DNA of 64,000 nt from a virus. Shown here one piece after another: positions 19,074 through 28,185 of the stretch. The stretch spans positions 50,227 to 114,226 of the IMG/VR virus record IMGVR_UViG_3300045988_122195. One strand, given 5' to 3'. A program made the translations under genes and the position numbers. The notes beneath the pieces are model-generated. The model was not told the origin of the DNA. It did not search any database and worked only from the letters and a program-made list of their open reading frames with translations. Positions within the stretch are counted from its first letter, which is position 1; each line of letters opens with the position of its first letter.

Positions 19074-19460
19074 TTGACGTTTGAAGAAAGAATACGTGAA
19101 TGTTGTTTACGATCAGGCATAGTGTATGAAAGAATCCTTTCATCTCTATGTGGAAAAGACTTGTACGTTTTATATCCATCAGAGTTGGAACATGAGCAGA
19201 TTCTTAAAGATAATATTCCAAAAATGTTAAAAGTAATTAGAGAATATATAGAAGAGTCTGAGTTATACAGGGAATGCATGGATAGAGTTGATAAGCTTAA
19301 TTTCGACTCACAGAAAACAGCAATGATAAACGGAGCGCACAGTCATCAAGAAAAAGCAGATAAACTGGCAGAAATTATGAACGAAGGAATTAATCCTTAT
19401 GCTTGGTATTATCATGATGCAATGCAGTATGGGTATGTTGTGTATTTGGACAATATTTAA
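19074..19460 (+). CDS. hypothetical protein
   Basis: 128 aa; TTG start after aggagtgaaacgag. Confidence 0.5.
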   Translation: MTFEERIRECCLRSGIVYERILSSLCGKDLYVLYPSELEHEQILKDNIPKMLKVIREYIEESELYRECMDRVDKLNFDSQKTAMINGAHSHQEKADKLAEIMNEGINPYAWYYHDAMQYGYVVYLDNI

Positions 19461-19474
19461 GGAGGGAACTAACA

Positions 19475-19657
19475 ATGGCAGAGGTAACAAGATTATGTCC
19501 TGTTTGTAGGACAATTATGAAATCAGCAGCTTATAAAGTTGGAAAACAAGATGGTACTGAAAGATTAGAAAATAAGATTTTTACACCTGATGGTATTGGT
19601 ATTATTGGAAAACTTTTAGTATGCCAGAAATGTGGAAATTTAGCAGTGGTGAAATAA
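19475..19657 (+). CDS. zinc-ribbon protein
   Basis: 60 aa; CPVCRT ... CQKCGN; RBS aggagggaactaacaATG. Confidence 0.45.
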   Translation: MAEVTRLCPVCRTIMKSAAYKVGKQDGTERLENKIFTPDGIGIIGKLLVCQKCGNLAVVK

Positions 19658-19660
19658 AGT

Positions 19661-20083
19661 ATGGAGAAAGTAATTAAGTATAAATGCTCTGAATGTGGAG
19701 AATTATTTGATGAACCTGAAATAGCATTAGCACATGAAATAAGACACGAAAGAATTGAAAAAGCTAACGAAATGCTTAATGAAGGATACACATTAAAACA
19801 AATCAACGATGAGTGTGAGATTTGGGCTTACGTACCAGAGCATTTAGAGAATATAAATAAGGATAACTGTTTCAGAATAAGTTATTGGCAATGTTGTGAT
19901 AAACCAGCTTATCAAATTATTTGTATTTATTTCGATGGATATGTAAACGTAAGAGGCTGTGGGTCGTGGAGTGGATATTATGGCAATCGGCTTAGAATAG
20001 ATAGTCATGATTTGAAAAACCCAAGACCGAAAGAGGAATTGTTTGTTGATCCAAGGTATGAAGAATTGTATGGATATCATTAG
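19661..20083 (+). CDS. C2H2-like zinc-finger protein
   Basis: 140 aa; KYKCSECGELFDEPEIALAHEIRHE. Confidence 0.5.
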   Translation: MEKVIKYKCSECGELFDEPEIALAHEIRHERIEKANEMLNEGYTLKQINDECEIWAYVPEHLENINKDNCFRISYWQCCDKPAYQIICIYFDGYVNVRGCGSWSGYYGNRLRIDSHDLKNPRPKEELFVDPRYEELYGYH

Positions 20084-20092
20084 GAGAGTGTT

Positions 20093-20398
20093 ATGAAGAT
20101 TAAATCAGACGGCTATTTTGGTAAAAATATTCGATTTACATGCGAAAATTGTGGATGTGTGTACGATGTTGAATCAAGAGATGATTGGAAGATAAACTTA
20201 GTAAACATGCAAATACAAGAAGACTCTAGGATTTCTTTTAAAAAAGTTCCAGATTATAGTGTCGTCTGTCCAAAATGCAAACATGAAAAGCGTTTGGGAT
20301 ATGATCCATCAGATATTCCGTATATGACTTATAGTATTGTTGATTTATTGTCAGAACGAGAAGATTGGGAAGATAGATTTAAAGTATTTTTGCGGTAG
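20093..20398 (+). CDS. zinc-ribbon protein
   Basis: 101 aa; CENCGCVYD ... CPKCKHE. Confidence 0.5.
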   Translation: MKIKSDGYFGKNIRFTCENCGCVYDVESRDDWKINLVNMQIQEDSRISFKKVPDYSVVCPKCKHEKRLGYDPSDIPYMTYSIVDLLSEREDWEDRFKVFLR

Positions 20399-20609
20399 AG
20401 AAATATATGATGTGATACAAAATGAGTGTAGAAAGTAGTTATTATTTAGTTGTTGGATACGACCTAACTGGATGTGAAACAGATAAGTTTGATAATTGGA
20501 AGATAACGGATTAAATGAGATGGTGAGAAATATGAAGAATAATGAAGATTTTGTTTGCATGTGTACTGCGATTGATAAGTTGAATCAGAAAGTGAAAGGA
20601 AGAAACTGA

Positions 20610-21872
20610 ATGAGAAGTAGTATTTTTATTCCAAAGACGATTAATGTTGGTTATCAGAATCGTTCGGGAACATATACAGGAAAGCTTGCTTATGTAATCT
20701 ACTATGATGAGAAAGGTAAACTGCGAAAAGAGACTTCATGGAATGGTTGGCGAGATAAGAATATTCCAAATAACGAATATGATAATATTCCAACTGAAGG
20801 ATTTGTACTTAATAAAAAAGCAGGTGATTATTCTACAGGTTGGGATCACAGACATGCTTATTGTAGAGTATATGATCCACGAGGATTTGAATTTGAGATT
20901 ACTATTGAGAATTTATTATACATTCTTGAAAATGTAAATTGTATCAAGGGTAAGGGACTTGAAGGAGAATTTGTATATGGATGGGACGGCAAAGATTTAG
21001 TTCTTATGCCAGTAGAATCACCTGATTATAGAGAGATCAGTGAGTTTAATAAGATTGTCCATAATAATGAATATATTAAAGCGAAAGACTTGATTATAGG
21101 TGCTACATATTTAACCAAAGATAATGAAAATTGGATTTATATGGGACGATTTGAAACATATGGAAGTGGTTATGCATGGGGTGAAAATGGCGAAACAAAA
21201 TCATGTAAATCATACAAAGATATTCCAAGTAAACTTACGAGATATGGTTATGCAAAAATAAATTATAAATCAATTTATAATTTACCATATGGGAAAATGT
21301 ATTGGTTCGCTAGGTTAAGTGGCGAAAAATATAGATTTGAGCAAGTTAAAAGTGTTCCTAAAAACAAACTTATTGGTTGTGTTGATGAGAAATGTACAGA
21401 TAAATATTCAGATATTTATGATCAGATGGAGTCGTCTTATGAATTTTCCCCAATAGACAACAACAAAGATGAAATACATAGTATGACTTTTGAACAACTT
21501 TATCAAAAGGCTACTAGAACATATTCCGATGGAGAACATCAATATTTCGATATTGAGCTTATGGCAAATATAAAAGGTAAATATGTGAAATATCAGATAA
21601 GAACCCCATACAACAGAGAAGAGAATGGAAAATATATAGTATATGGATATAGCACAACAGACTTTTATTATGGGGATATTGAAGAAATTAGTATCTTTCC
21701 AACTATGAAAAAGTTGGTTAAATCAAATTATTATCCATATAACGAAAAAGAAGAACTACATATGATTCCAGTATCTCTTGAAACAATATATGAAAAACTA
21801 AAACCTGTTTATTTGCAGAAGTATTTAGCAAATGGTAGAAAATATGTAAAGGAGTATATATTTAATGAGTAA
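20610..21872 (+). CDS. hypothetical protein (420 aa)
   Basis: Long uninterrupted ORF; no motif recognised. Confidence 0.55.
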   Translation: MRSSIFIPKTINVGYQNRSGTYTGKLAYVIYYDEKGKLRKETSWNGWRDKNIPNNEYDNIPTEGFVLNKKAGDYSTGWDHRHAYCRVYDPRGFEFEITIENLLYILENVNCIKGKGLEGEFVYGWDGKDLVLMPVESPDYREISEFNKIVHNNEYIKAKDLIIGATYLTKDNENWIYMGRFETYGSGYAWGENGETKSCKSYKDIPSKLTRYGYAKINYKSIYNLPYGKMYWFARLSGEKYRFEQVKSVPKNKLIGCVDEKCTDKYSDIYDQMESSYEFSPIDNNKDEIHSMTFEQLYQKATRTYSDGEHQYFDIELMANIKGKYVKYQIRTPYNREENGKYIVYGYSTTDFYYGDIEEISIFPTMKKLVKSNYYPYNEKEELHMIPVSLETIYEKLKPVYLQKYLANGRKYVKEYIFNE

Positions 21873-22272
21873 GAATGATGACAGAATTTTAGAATTAAAG
21901 AAGCAGATTGAGGCTAAGAAGAAAGCTATCTATGAGAAGAAAGTTAGATTTATTCCTGAGACAAATTGTGTTCTTAATATGGATGGAATGAATATCAACC
22001 TTAACGTATGTTCAGATGATGCATTAGTGCTATTACTTATCAGACTTAACTCATATCTTATGTCGGCAGTCGATCTTGAAATGTCTGATTTTGAGATTTC
22101 AGGCTACAGCGTAACGGATTGGATTAAGGACATTAAGAGCAAATTAGAAGTATCTAGTCTAAAGAAAGAGGAAATAGATTTGAAGAAGATGGAGAGTAAA
22201 CTGGATAAACTGTTATCTGATGACAAGAAAACGGAGATTGAAATTGATGAGATTGCAAATCTATTGAAGTAA
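21865..22272 (+). CDS. hypothetical coiled-coil protein
   Basis: 135 aa; overlaps previous stop by 8 nt. Confidence 0.5.
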   Translation: MSKNDDRILELKKQIEAKKKAIYEKKVRFIPETNCVLNMDGMNINLNVCSDDALVLLLIRLNSYLMSAVDLEMSDFEISGYSVTDWIKDIKSKLEVSSLKKEEIDLKKMESKLDKLLSDDKKTEIEIDEIANLLK

Positions 22273-22288
22273 TGAAAGCGATATTTCA
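22273..22288 (+). terminator. hairpin TGAAA-GCGATA-TTTCA after gene end
   Basis: Same motif family; followed by TTAGG. Confidence 0.3.
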
Positions 22289-22310
22289 TTAGGTTGCAGG
22301 AGGTAAACCA

Positions 22311-22739
22311 GTGAAAATTAAAGATAAGATACGAGATAAATTAAGACAGTGGTTATTGGCAGATGAATTATTAAAATTTGATTTAGCTGAAGATAAATAT
22401 AAAGAAGCCAGGGAATTACTTACATATTCTAATGCAGAATTATCAAGAGCAGCAGACCAGCATAGTGCTTCATTTAAATTAGTCGATGATTGTCATAAGC
22501 TTATAGATTCTATGATAGATGTTGGGACAGATGTAGGATTTCATTCTGATGATCATTCCTGGGCGGTTGTATGTATTAAAGGTCATCCAGAATATGTAAA
22601 GTTTATTCCATTATCACGCAGAGACGCACGAGATGTATTGGATTTTCTGAAACGATTTAGATATTCAGACAGAGTTGTAGATTCTCCTTTTGCGTTTAGA
22701 GATATGGTTGATCATTGTATTATGGAAAATCCATTTTAA
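22311..22739 (+). CDS. hypothetical protein
   Basis: 142 aa; GTG start after gcaggaggtaaacca. Confidence 0.5.
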   Translation: MKIKDKIRDKLRQWLLADELLKFDLAEDKYKEARELLTYSNAELSRAADQHSASFKLVDDCHKLIDSMIDVGTDVGFHSDDHSWAVVCIKGHPEYVKFIPLSRRDARDVLDFLKRFRYSDRVVDSPFAFRDMVDHCIMENPF

Positions 22740-22786
22740 AAAAATAAAAAGGAGACAGAAAAAAAGCATAAGGAAAGGACAAGAGC

Positions 22787-23110
22787 ATGAACAGAATTAC
22801 GATTAATGGCAAAAATATCACTTGTGCAGGAAGTAATGTAGTCATCAATAATGAAAAAGTAATTGTTGATGGCAAGACTATTCAGGAATGTAGTAGTGGT
22901 GATATTAAGGTAGTCATCGAAGGAGATGTAAATAAAATTGATTGCAGTGGATCGGTAAAAGTTCAAGGCAATTCAGGAAATATTGATTGTGGTGGAAGTT
23001 GCGAAGTGCGTGGTGATGTCAAAGGCGATATAGATGCAGGTGGCTCAGTAACTTGTGGAAATGTATCAGGAGATATTGATGCTGGAGGTAGCGTTAAGTG
23101 TAGAAAATAG
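22787..23110 (+). CDS. bactofilin-like beta-helical repeat protein
   Basis: 107 aa; tandem short repeats GD(I/V)..GGSV: GDVNKIDCSGSVKVQGNSGNIDCGGSCEVRGDVKGDIDAGGSVTCGNVSGDIDAGGSVKC. Confidence 0.5.
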   Translation: MNRITINGKNITCAGSNVVINNEKVIVDGKTIQECSSGDIKVVIEGDVNKIDCSGSVKVQGNSGNIDCGGSCEVRGDVKGDIDAGGSVTCGNVSGDIDAGGSVKCRK

Positions 23111-23124
23111 GAGAATATTACAAT

Positions 23125-23559
23125 ATGAAGATTTTAACATTAACAATTTTATTCGTTTTGGCATTTTTTAGAGTAAAGAGTACTCCATGTGAATTGAGCA
23201 AAACATTGTGGAAGAACAAGATGATTAAGCAGTTAAATAATAATGAAAAACAGAATGGTGGTAAACCTTATAGTGACGAAATTCAAGGCGCAACAATTTT
23301 TCTCACATTTTTAATTGAACTGTTTTTAATTATTTTCTACATAGTGTTAGGCAACAAGATTGAGACAACTGAATTTATTATTATGTCTGCATTACAGGTA
23401 TTTGCTTGCTTATGGAGTTTATGTGTGAACATTAACGAGTTCAAGAGTGCATTTTCTTATAATATTGAAGAACATAAGTTTCATAGATTCCTGTTATTAT
23501 TTAACTTGGTTCTGGATTACGTTTACTACCCATATGCAATCTATATGTTATTAAAGTAG
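23125..23559 (+). CDS. membrane protein
   Basis: 144 aa; signal/TM ILTLTILFVLAFF and further TM helices. Confidence 0.5.
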   Translation: MKILTLTILFVLAFFRVKSTPCELSKTLWKNKMIKQLNNNEKQNGGKPYSDEIQGATIFLTFLIELFLIIFYIVLGNKIETTEFIIMSALQVFACLWSLCVNINEFKSAFSYNIEEHKFHRFLLLFNLVLDYVYYPYAIYMLLK

Positions 23560-23725
23560 AGAATAATAAAAAGTAGGATGCCGAAAAAGAGGTGAAATAC
23601 TATGATGGCGGGAATTGTAATAGATAATAAAGTAGTATGCAGAGAGCATGATTTTAATGGAATGAATTTGGATATGGATTATTTGATTGAGAATTGTGTG
23701 GGCTTTACGAATTAGGAGAATAAAT

Positions 23726-23902
23726 ATGTGTAATCGTTGTGATTATGACTCACTTGACAATCAGATATATATTGATCCATTGACGAATGAATATTATTTG
23801 GATATAGAAACTTTTGAATGGGATGATTACGATGATGGATTTGTTCATCAACGAGAATATATTTTGTATTGTCCTTATTGTGGAAGAAAATTGGGAGAAT
23901 AA
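23726..23902 (+). CDS. zinc-ribbon protein (track 23687..23902)
   Basis: ATG 23726 after ggagaataaat; CNRCDYD ... CPYCGRK; ends KLGE*. Confidence 0.45.
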   Translation: MCNRCDYDSLDNQIYIDPLTNEYYLDIETFEWDDYDDGFVHQREYILYCPYCGRKLGE

Positions 23903-24399
23903 AAGACACAAGAGGTGGTTTGGTGAAATGTAGAAAATGTCCTTATGGATGTGAATCATTCGAAAAATACAAGTCATACATTGATGAGGAAGATATTGAC
24001 GACTATGTTTGGTGCGATAAAGTTGGTGGTAAGGTTTATTCTTTTGGACATTGTAGTGATTGGTACGAGCAGGATGAAGAAAAACATAATAATCATTCAA
24101 GAAGAAAGAAGAAAACCAAATATGAAAGAAACTTAAAGCACAAGAATCACATCAAACATTTGTATGAGACTGTTGGTGGTTATCATCCATCTCCTGTTAG
24201 ATACACAGATGAAGTATGGGTTAAGGGTGTTGGTTATGTTAAAAATCCAAAACCATATTATCAAAGATTATATCGTGGTAAAAGAAGCGGTTATTTAAAA
24301 CGACAGTCCAATAAAACAATTCGCAGATATAAAGGTGAGTTACACAATGGTTATCAATATATTCATAAAATTTTTGATTTTTGGTGGGATTATATTTAG
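23869..24399 (+). CDS. basic Lys/Arg/Tyr-rich protein (possible nucleic-acid binding)
   Basis: 176 aa; CRKCPYGCESF, RRKKKTKYERNLKHKNHIKH, YQRLYRGKRSGYLKRQSNKTIRRYKG; exact start uncertain. Confidence 0.5.
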   Translation: MSLLWKKIGRIKDTRGGLVKCRKCPYGCESFEKYKSYIDEEDIDDYVWCDKVGGKVYSFGHCSDWYEQDEEKHNNHSRRKKKTKYERNLKHKNHIKHLYETVGGYHPSPVRYTDEVWVKGVGYVKNPKPYYQRLYRGKRSGYLKRQSNKTIRRYKGELHNGYQYIHKIFDFWWDYI

Positions 24400-24429
24400 G
24401 AAGAATTATGAGAGGAGATAGGCTAATAA

Positions 24430-25065
24430 ATGAGTAGTAGCAGCATTTATGGAATAAGAAAAGATTATACAGGAGAAGAAATATTAGAGTATGAAAATTC
24501 GTGGTGGTTTTCTCCTATAATTTGGAGTGTCTTGCCAGATAAATATATTCATGATTACATTCAAACACCATTTGGCTTTAAAAAGGGAATTATTGGAATG
24601 GATGGAAATGATGTATGGACAAGAACTAACAAAGCCATTAATAAGTGTGATAACACACCTGATAGGATTTGTTGGGAAATGTCAAATCAACAGATTTTTC
24701 ATACATCTGACAAACAGATTATTTCAGATTCTATTATGAAATTTTTAAAGCAAAATGATACTTATGATGTATCAGAAGAAGATAATATCCCTGTTTTAAA
24801 AAGAGAACATATTATTGAAAGATTTACCGAAATAGCAAATGATATTTTGTTAATTGACGAAAATGAATTTCCATATTTTGTTTTTAAAAATACAACAGTT
24901 GATGATGGCGTTAAGAGATGGTTTAAAAAACATGATGAGGAATCTGATGGGTATGTTTCATGTGCAATGTCAGAAAATACAGATGATTTTTATGCAGAAT
25001 TTGTATTTATCAAAGATAGAAAAATTGACAAATTTGTAAGCAACAAAGATTATCAGTTTGAATAA
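24430..25065 (+). CDS. hypothetical protein
   Basis: 211-aa ORF. Confidence 0.55.
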   Translation: MSSSSIYGIRKDYTGEEILEYENSWWFSPIIWSVLPDKYIHDYIQTPFGFKKGIIGMDGNDVWTRTNKAINKCDNTPDRICWEMSNQQIFHTSDKQIISDSIMKFLKQNDTYDVSEEDNIPVLKREHIIERFTEIANDILLIDENEFPYFVFKNTTVDDGVKRWFKKHDEESDGYVSCAMSENTDDFYAEFVFIKDRKIDKFVSNKDYQFE

Positions 25066-25161
25066 ATTGAAATTTTTCTTTCATTCAGTAGTAATGAATG
25101 CTGCGTGAAAGAGCAAATAATTAACTACATACGAAAGGGAATAAGAGTAATTCTAGATAAT

Positions 25162-25177
25162 ATGCTTACGTAAGCAT
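25162..25177. promoter_or_regulatory. perfect 16-bp palindrome ATGCTTACGTAAGCAT 15 nt upstream of the MTase-like gene
   Basis: Read directly: ATGCTTAC|GTAAGCAT. Confidence 0.4.
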
Positions 25178-25192
25178 TGAAAATAAGGCAAT

Positions 25193-25780
25193 TTGAGCAA
25201 TACAAATGAAAGAAAAACTTCCACTGATGGACTTAGAGTGTTAAGTCTCTGTGGTGGTGTAGAAACTGGATTATACGCATTACAGAAATTGGATATTCCT
25301 GTGAAAGAGTATCATACATATGAGATTCTGCCTGAAGCTATTGCAGTTTCCCAGTACCATTTTCCGTTTGTGGTACATCATGGTGATTTATATGAAACGG
25401 ATTTTAATCAATTCAAAGGATTTGATTTGTTATTAGCAGGAACTTGTTGTCAGAGTTTGAGCAAAATCAGAATAGAAGACAAACAAGTTAACAATGGTTT
25501 AGATGGTAAATCGGGAATTTTCTTTAAAGCCATCGAATGTCTTGAGGCAATTCAGCCAAAATATTTCATGTTTGAAAACGTAATACCGAGTAGAGAAGAG
25601 GATTTAAATACAATGACTAAGTGTATTGGAGTTGATCCTTTACTTATTGACTCTAAAATTTTTAGCATACAATCGCTATTGGACAAGTTTACGATGAGAA
25701 TGGTAAATCAATTCATTTTCACGATCCAAGAACTGCTAAAGCAAGAAGTAAAACATTTCCAGGAGTTGCAAAACCAATGA
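25193..25780 (+). pseudogene. C5-cytosine DNA methyltransferase-like, truncated and possibly frameshifted
   Basis: Motif I-like VLSLCGGVETG, motif IV-like AGTCCQSLS (CCQ in place of PCQ), motif VI FMFENV; only 195 aa, no TRD/motifs IX-X; alternative frame near 25700-25810 reads protein-like YDENGKSIHFHDPRTAKARSKTFPGVAKPMTDQW. Confidence 0.4.
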
Positions 25781-25816
25781 CAGATCAATGGACAAAAGAT
25801 TGGAGAGAATAAAATT

Positions 25817-26011
25817 ATGACAATTAAATTTATTAAAGATGTGATCTTCAAAGACCAAAAAGAAGATAGCGTAAAAATTAAAGAGGGTAAGATTCTTACT
25901 GCAAAAGTAGTGATTAACGAAAATGGAAAAGAAGTATACGAAATAAAACAGAAGAAGAATGTTTTTACAATTCCATCTGCAATGAAAGATGTTGTGTTTG
26001 TAGTTTTGTAG
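25817..26011 (+). CDS. hypothetical small protein
   Basis: 64-aa ORF after ggagagaataaaattATG. Confidence 0.35.
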   Translation: MTIKFIKDVIFKDQKEDSVKIKEGKILTAKVVINENGKEVYEIKQKKNVFTIPSAMKDVVFVVL

Positions 26012-26072
26012 TTTTGTTCAGATTCTTTTGGAGAATAAGTAAGTATACAAATAATGATTGTGAGGTATAGAA

Positions 26073-26582
26073 ATGCTTAATGAAAAACAAAAGAATCTGG
26101 TGGAAGAAAATTACAAACTTATTTACAAATATGCCAAAGAACATAAGTTAGATTTGGAAGAATTCAGTGGATTGCTTTCTATCGGACTATGCAAAGCTGC
26201 ATTAAACTATGATGAAGATAAGACAAAATTCTCAACATTTGCGTTTAAATGTATGGGAAATGAAGTTGGTAATTATCTTAGAAAGATTAATGCGGCAAAG
26301 TATCTTAGACATGACACAGTATATTCTATGGAAGTATTAGATGAAGAAGACAATAGACCTATTGCTGAAACTTCATTAATGGTTTCTTCAGAGAATATTG
26401 AGCGAGAATACATATTTAAAACTAAGTTTCAGAAAGAATATAGCAAGCTGAAAGACCAAGTAAAAAATATTGTTGCTCTCAAATATCGTGGTTACACAAA
26501 CAATGAAGTTGCAGAAATTATGGATATGAAAGCATCCACTGTAAGTATGGCGTTAAAGAAATTCAAAATGGCTTTGGTTTGA
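26073..26582 (+). CDS. sigma-70 family RNA polymerase sigma factor (phage-encoded)
   Basis: 169 aa; region-2-like LIYKYAKEHKLDLEEFSGLLSIGLCKAALNYD and region-4 HTH ALKYRGYTNNEVAEIMDMKASTVSMALKKF. Confidence 0.75.
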   Translation: MLNEKQKNLVEENYKLIYKYAKEHKLDLEEFSGLLSIGLCKAALNYDEDKTKFSTFAFKCMGNEVGNYLRKINAAKYLRHDTVYSMEVLDEEDNRPIAETSLMVSSENIEREYIFKTKFQKEYSKLKDQVKNIVALKYRGYTNNEVAEIMDMKASTVSMALKKFKMALV

Positions 26583-26592
26583 GGTGATTAGT

Positions 26593-26964
26593 ATGAAACA
26601 TATGCAAGGTGTGTTAAAAGAGATAGAGATTCCAAATGATGTGAATGTGAATTTTGAAAAAATGTGTAGAGATATTCTGATTAAAGAGGGAATCGTTAAA
26701 ATGGAAGATCATCCATTAACCTATGGTTCTTTGTATTGGTCAGATATTCTTGAAAAAGAACTTGGTGATAAGTATGTAGTTGTTCAGGATTGGTGCTTAG
26801 TTGACAGACTGTTTGAAATTTGTAAATTCGAATCAGAAATTATAGAAGAGGGTTATGACTTTATACCAACAAGCTACGATAGAGAATATGTGTTTGACAT
26901 TGTATGCGACGAGTCGAAAAAATTTAGCGAAGCATTATCTCGTGCAGTGTATAGCGAACCATAA
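26593..26964 (+). CDS. hypothetical protein (track 26584..26964)
   Basis: ATG 26593 MKHMQG after gaggtgattagt. Confidence 0.5.
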   Translation: MKHMQGVLKEIEIPNDVNVNFEKMCRDILIKEGIVKMEDHPLTYGSLYWSDILEKELGDKYVVVQDWCLVDRLFEICKFESEIIEEGYDFIPTSYDREYVFDIVCDESKKFSEALSRAVYSEP

Positions 26965-26965
26965 C

Positions 26966-26979
26966 GAAATGCGAATTTC
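26966..26979 (+). terminator. hairpin GAAAT-GCGA-ATTTC after gene end
   Basis: Same motif family; followed by ATTAGG. Confidence 0.3.
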
Positions 26980-27014
26980 ATTAGGAGAGAATATATAAGT
27001 GGAGATGATAATCA

Positions 27015-27362
27015 ATGAACAATCGACAAAGAAAGAAATGGCTGAAGAAACAGGGTTTATATGTAAACCCAAAAGAAACATGGAGTTTGGATGTAACACT
27101 CGCCAAGTATATCATTCCAAGATTAAAGAAATTTAAAGAGCTTAATAATGGTTATCCAGGCATAGAGGAAGTGAACACGCCTGAAAAGTGGGATGAAGCA
27201 TTAGATAAGATGATTCATGCATTTGAGTATGTGGCAAATGAATTTGATTGGTGGGCAGACAATCCGAAATATGATTGTTTTGACGAAGAAAAGAGAAGAC
27301 AAGTAGTAATTAATGAGGGATTACAGTTGTTTGCTAAGTATTATATGAATTTGTGGTGGTAA
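27015..27362 (+). CDS. hypothetical protein
   Basis: 115-aa ORF. Confidence 0.5.
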   Translation: MNNRQRKKWLKKQGLYVNPKETWSLDVTLAKYIIPRLKKFKELNNGYPGIEEVNTPEKWDEALDKMIHAFEYVANEFDWWADNPKYDCFDEEKRRQVVINEGLQLFAKYYMNLWW

Positions 27363-27413
27363 GAGAATAAATGGCGAGTTTCGTTGGAGAATGTTTCTTA
27401 GGAGGTAATGAAA

Positions 27414-28115
27414 ATGTGCAAAAAAAGTAATAAATCAAGATATAGGGGGTTGAGGTTTAATTACAAGATAGATGGAAAAGTATTAATGGATAAATATCAA
27501 ACGATTGATGATTTTCTATCAACAGAATTTCCTAAGAATGATAATCCATTGTCACCTACTCTTAATACAGAGATTACGGGAATTAAATGGAATGGCAGCA
27601 CTATTTCTATTTCCAACAAAATTCACACAGTAAAGGATTTGACTGACTTATTAAGCAAAGAAAATGTAGAAAACATTTTTATTTCAAATAGAGATGTTAG
27701 GTTGCATAAGATTAAACCAAAACATGACGATCTTATCAGAAAGTCCACATATTCCATAGAATATGTACACAGTAAGGTTAAAGATGTTTTGTTTGAAAAA
27801 GACAAGCGAAATGCAAAAGTTGATTTTGATGGAGATTTGATTAAAGGTAATAGTCAACGATATCAGACATTTTTTACAAAAGGCTGTAAATGTTCAGTTT
27901 GTGGAATTGAAGGACAATATTTTGCAAAAGAAAGACATTTACAGGATAAAATTTATCATCTGAATTTGTATGCAGTTGATGATAATGGTGATGAAATTTT
28001 AATGACAAAAGATCATATTTTACCACGTTCAAAAGGTGGTATTAATGATATTAGTAACTATCAAACAATGTGTAAGCTTTGTAATGAAGCAAAAGGTAAC
28101 AAATTAGAAGATTAA
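27414..28115 (+). CDS. HNH endonuclease
   Basis: C-terminal HNH motif DHILPRSKGGINDISNYQTMCKLCNEAKGNK; additional CKCSVCG zinc knuckle. Confidence 0.65.
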   Translation: MCKKSNKSRYRGLRFNYKIDGKVLMDKYQTIDDFLSTEFPKNDNPLSPTLNTEITGIKWNGSTISISNKIHTVKDLTDLLSKENVENIFISNRDVRLHKIKPKHDDLIRKSTYSIEYVHSKVKDVLFEKDKRNAKVDFDGDLIKGNSQRYQTFFTKGCKCSVCGIEGQYFAKERHLQDKIYHLNLYAVDDNGDEILMTKDHILPRSKGGINDISNYQTMCKLCNEAKGNKLED

Positions 28116-28185
28116 ATAAGAAAGGGAAAGAATAGAAAAGTTCCTATAGGATAAAGTGCGCACTACTTACTAAGGTAAGAGGAAC

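Noticed and set aside
20704-20937. ORF 20704..20937 (+) nested in the 420-aa gene
   Set aside because: Alternative frame inside a longer ORF; hydrophobic/Ile-rich artefact.
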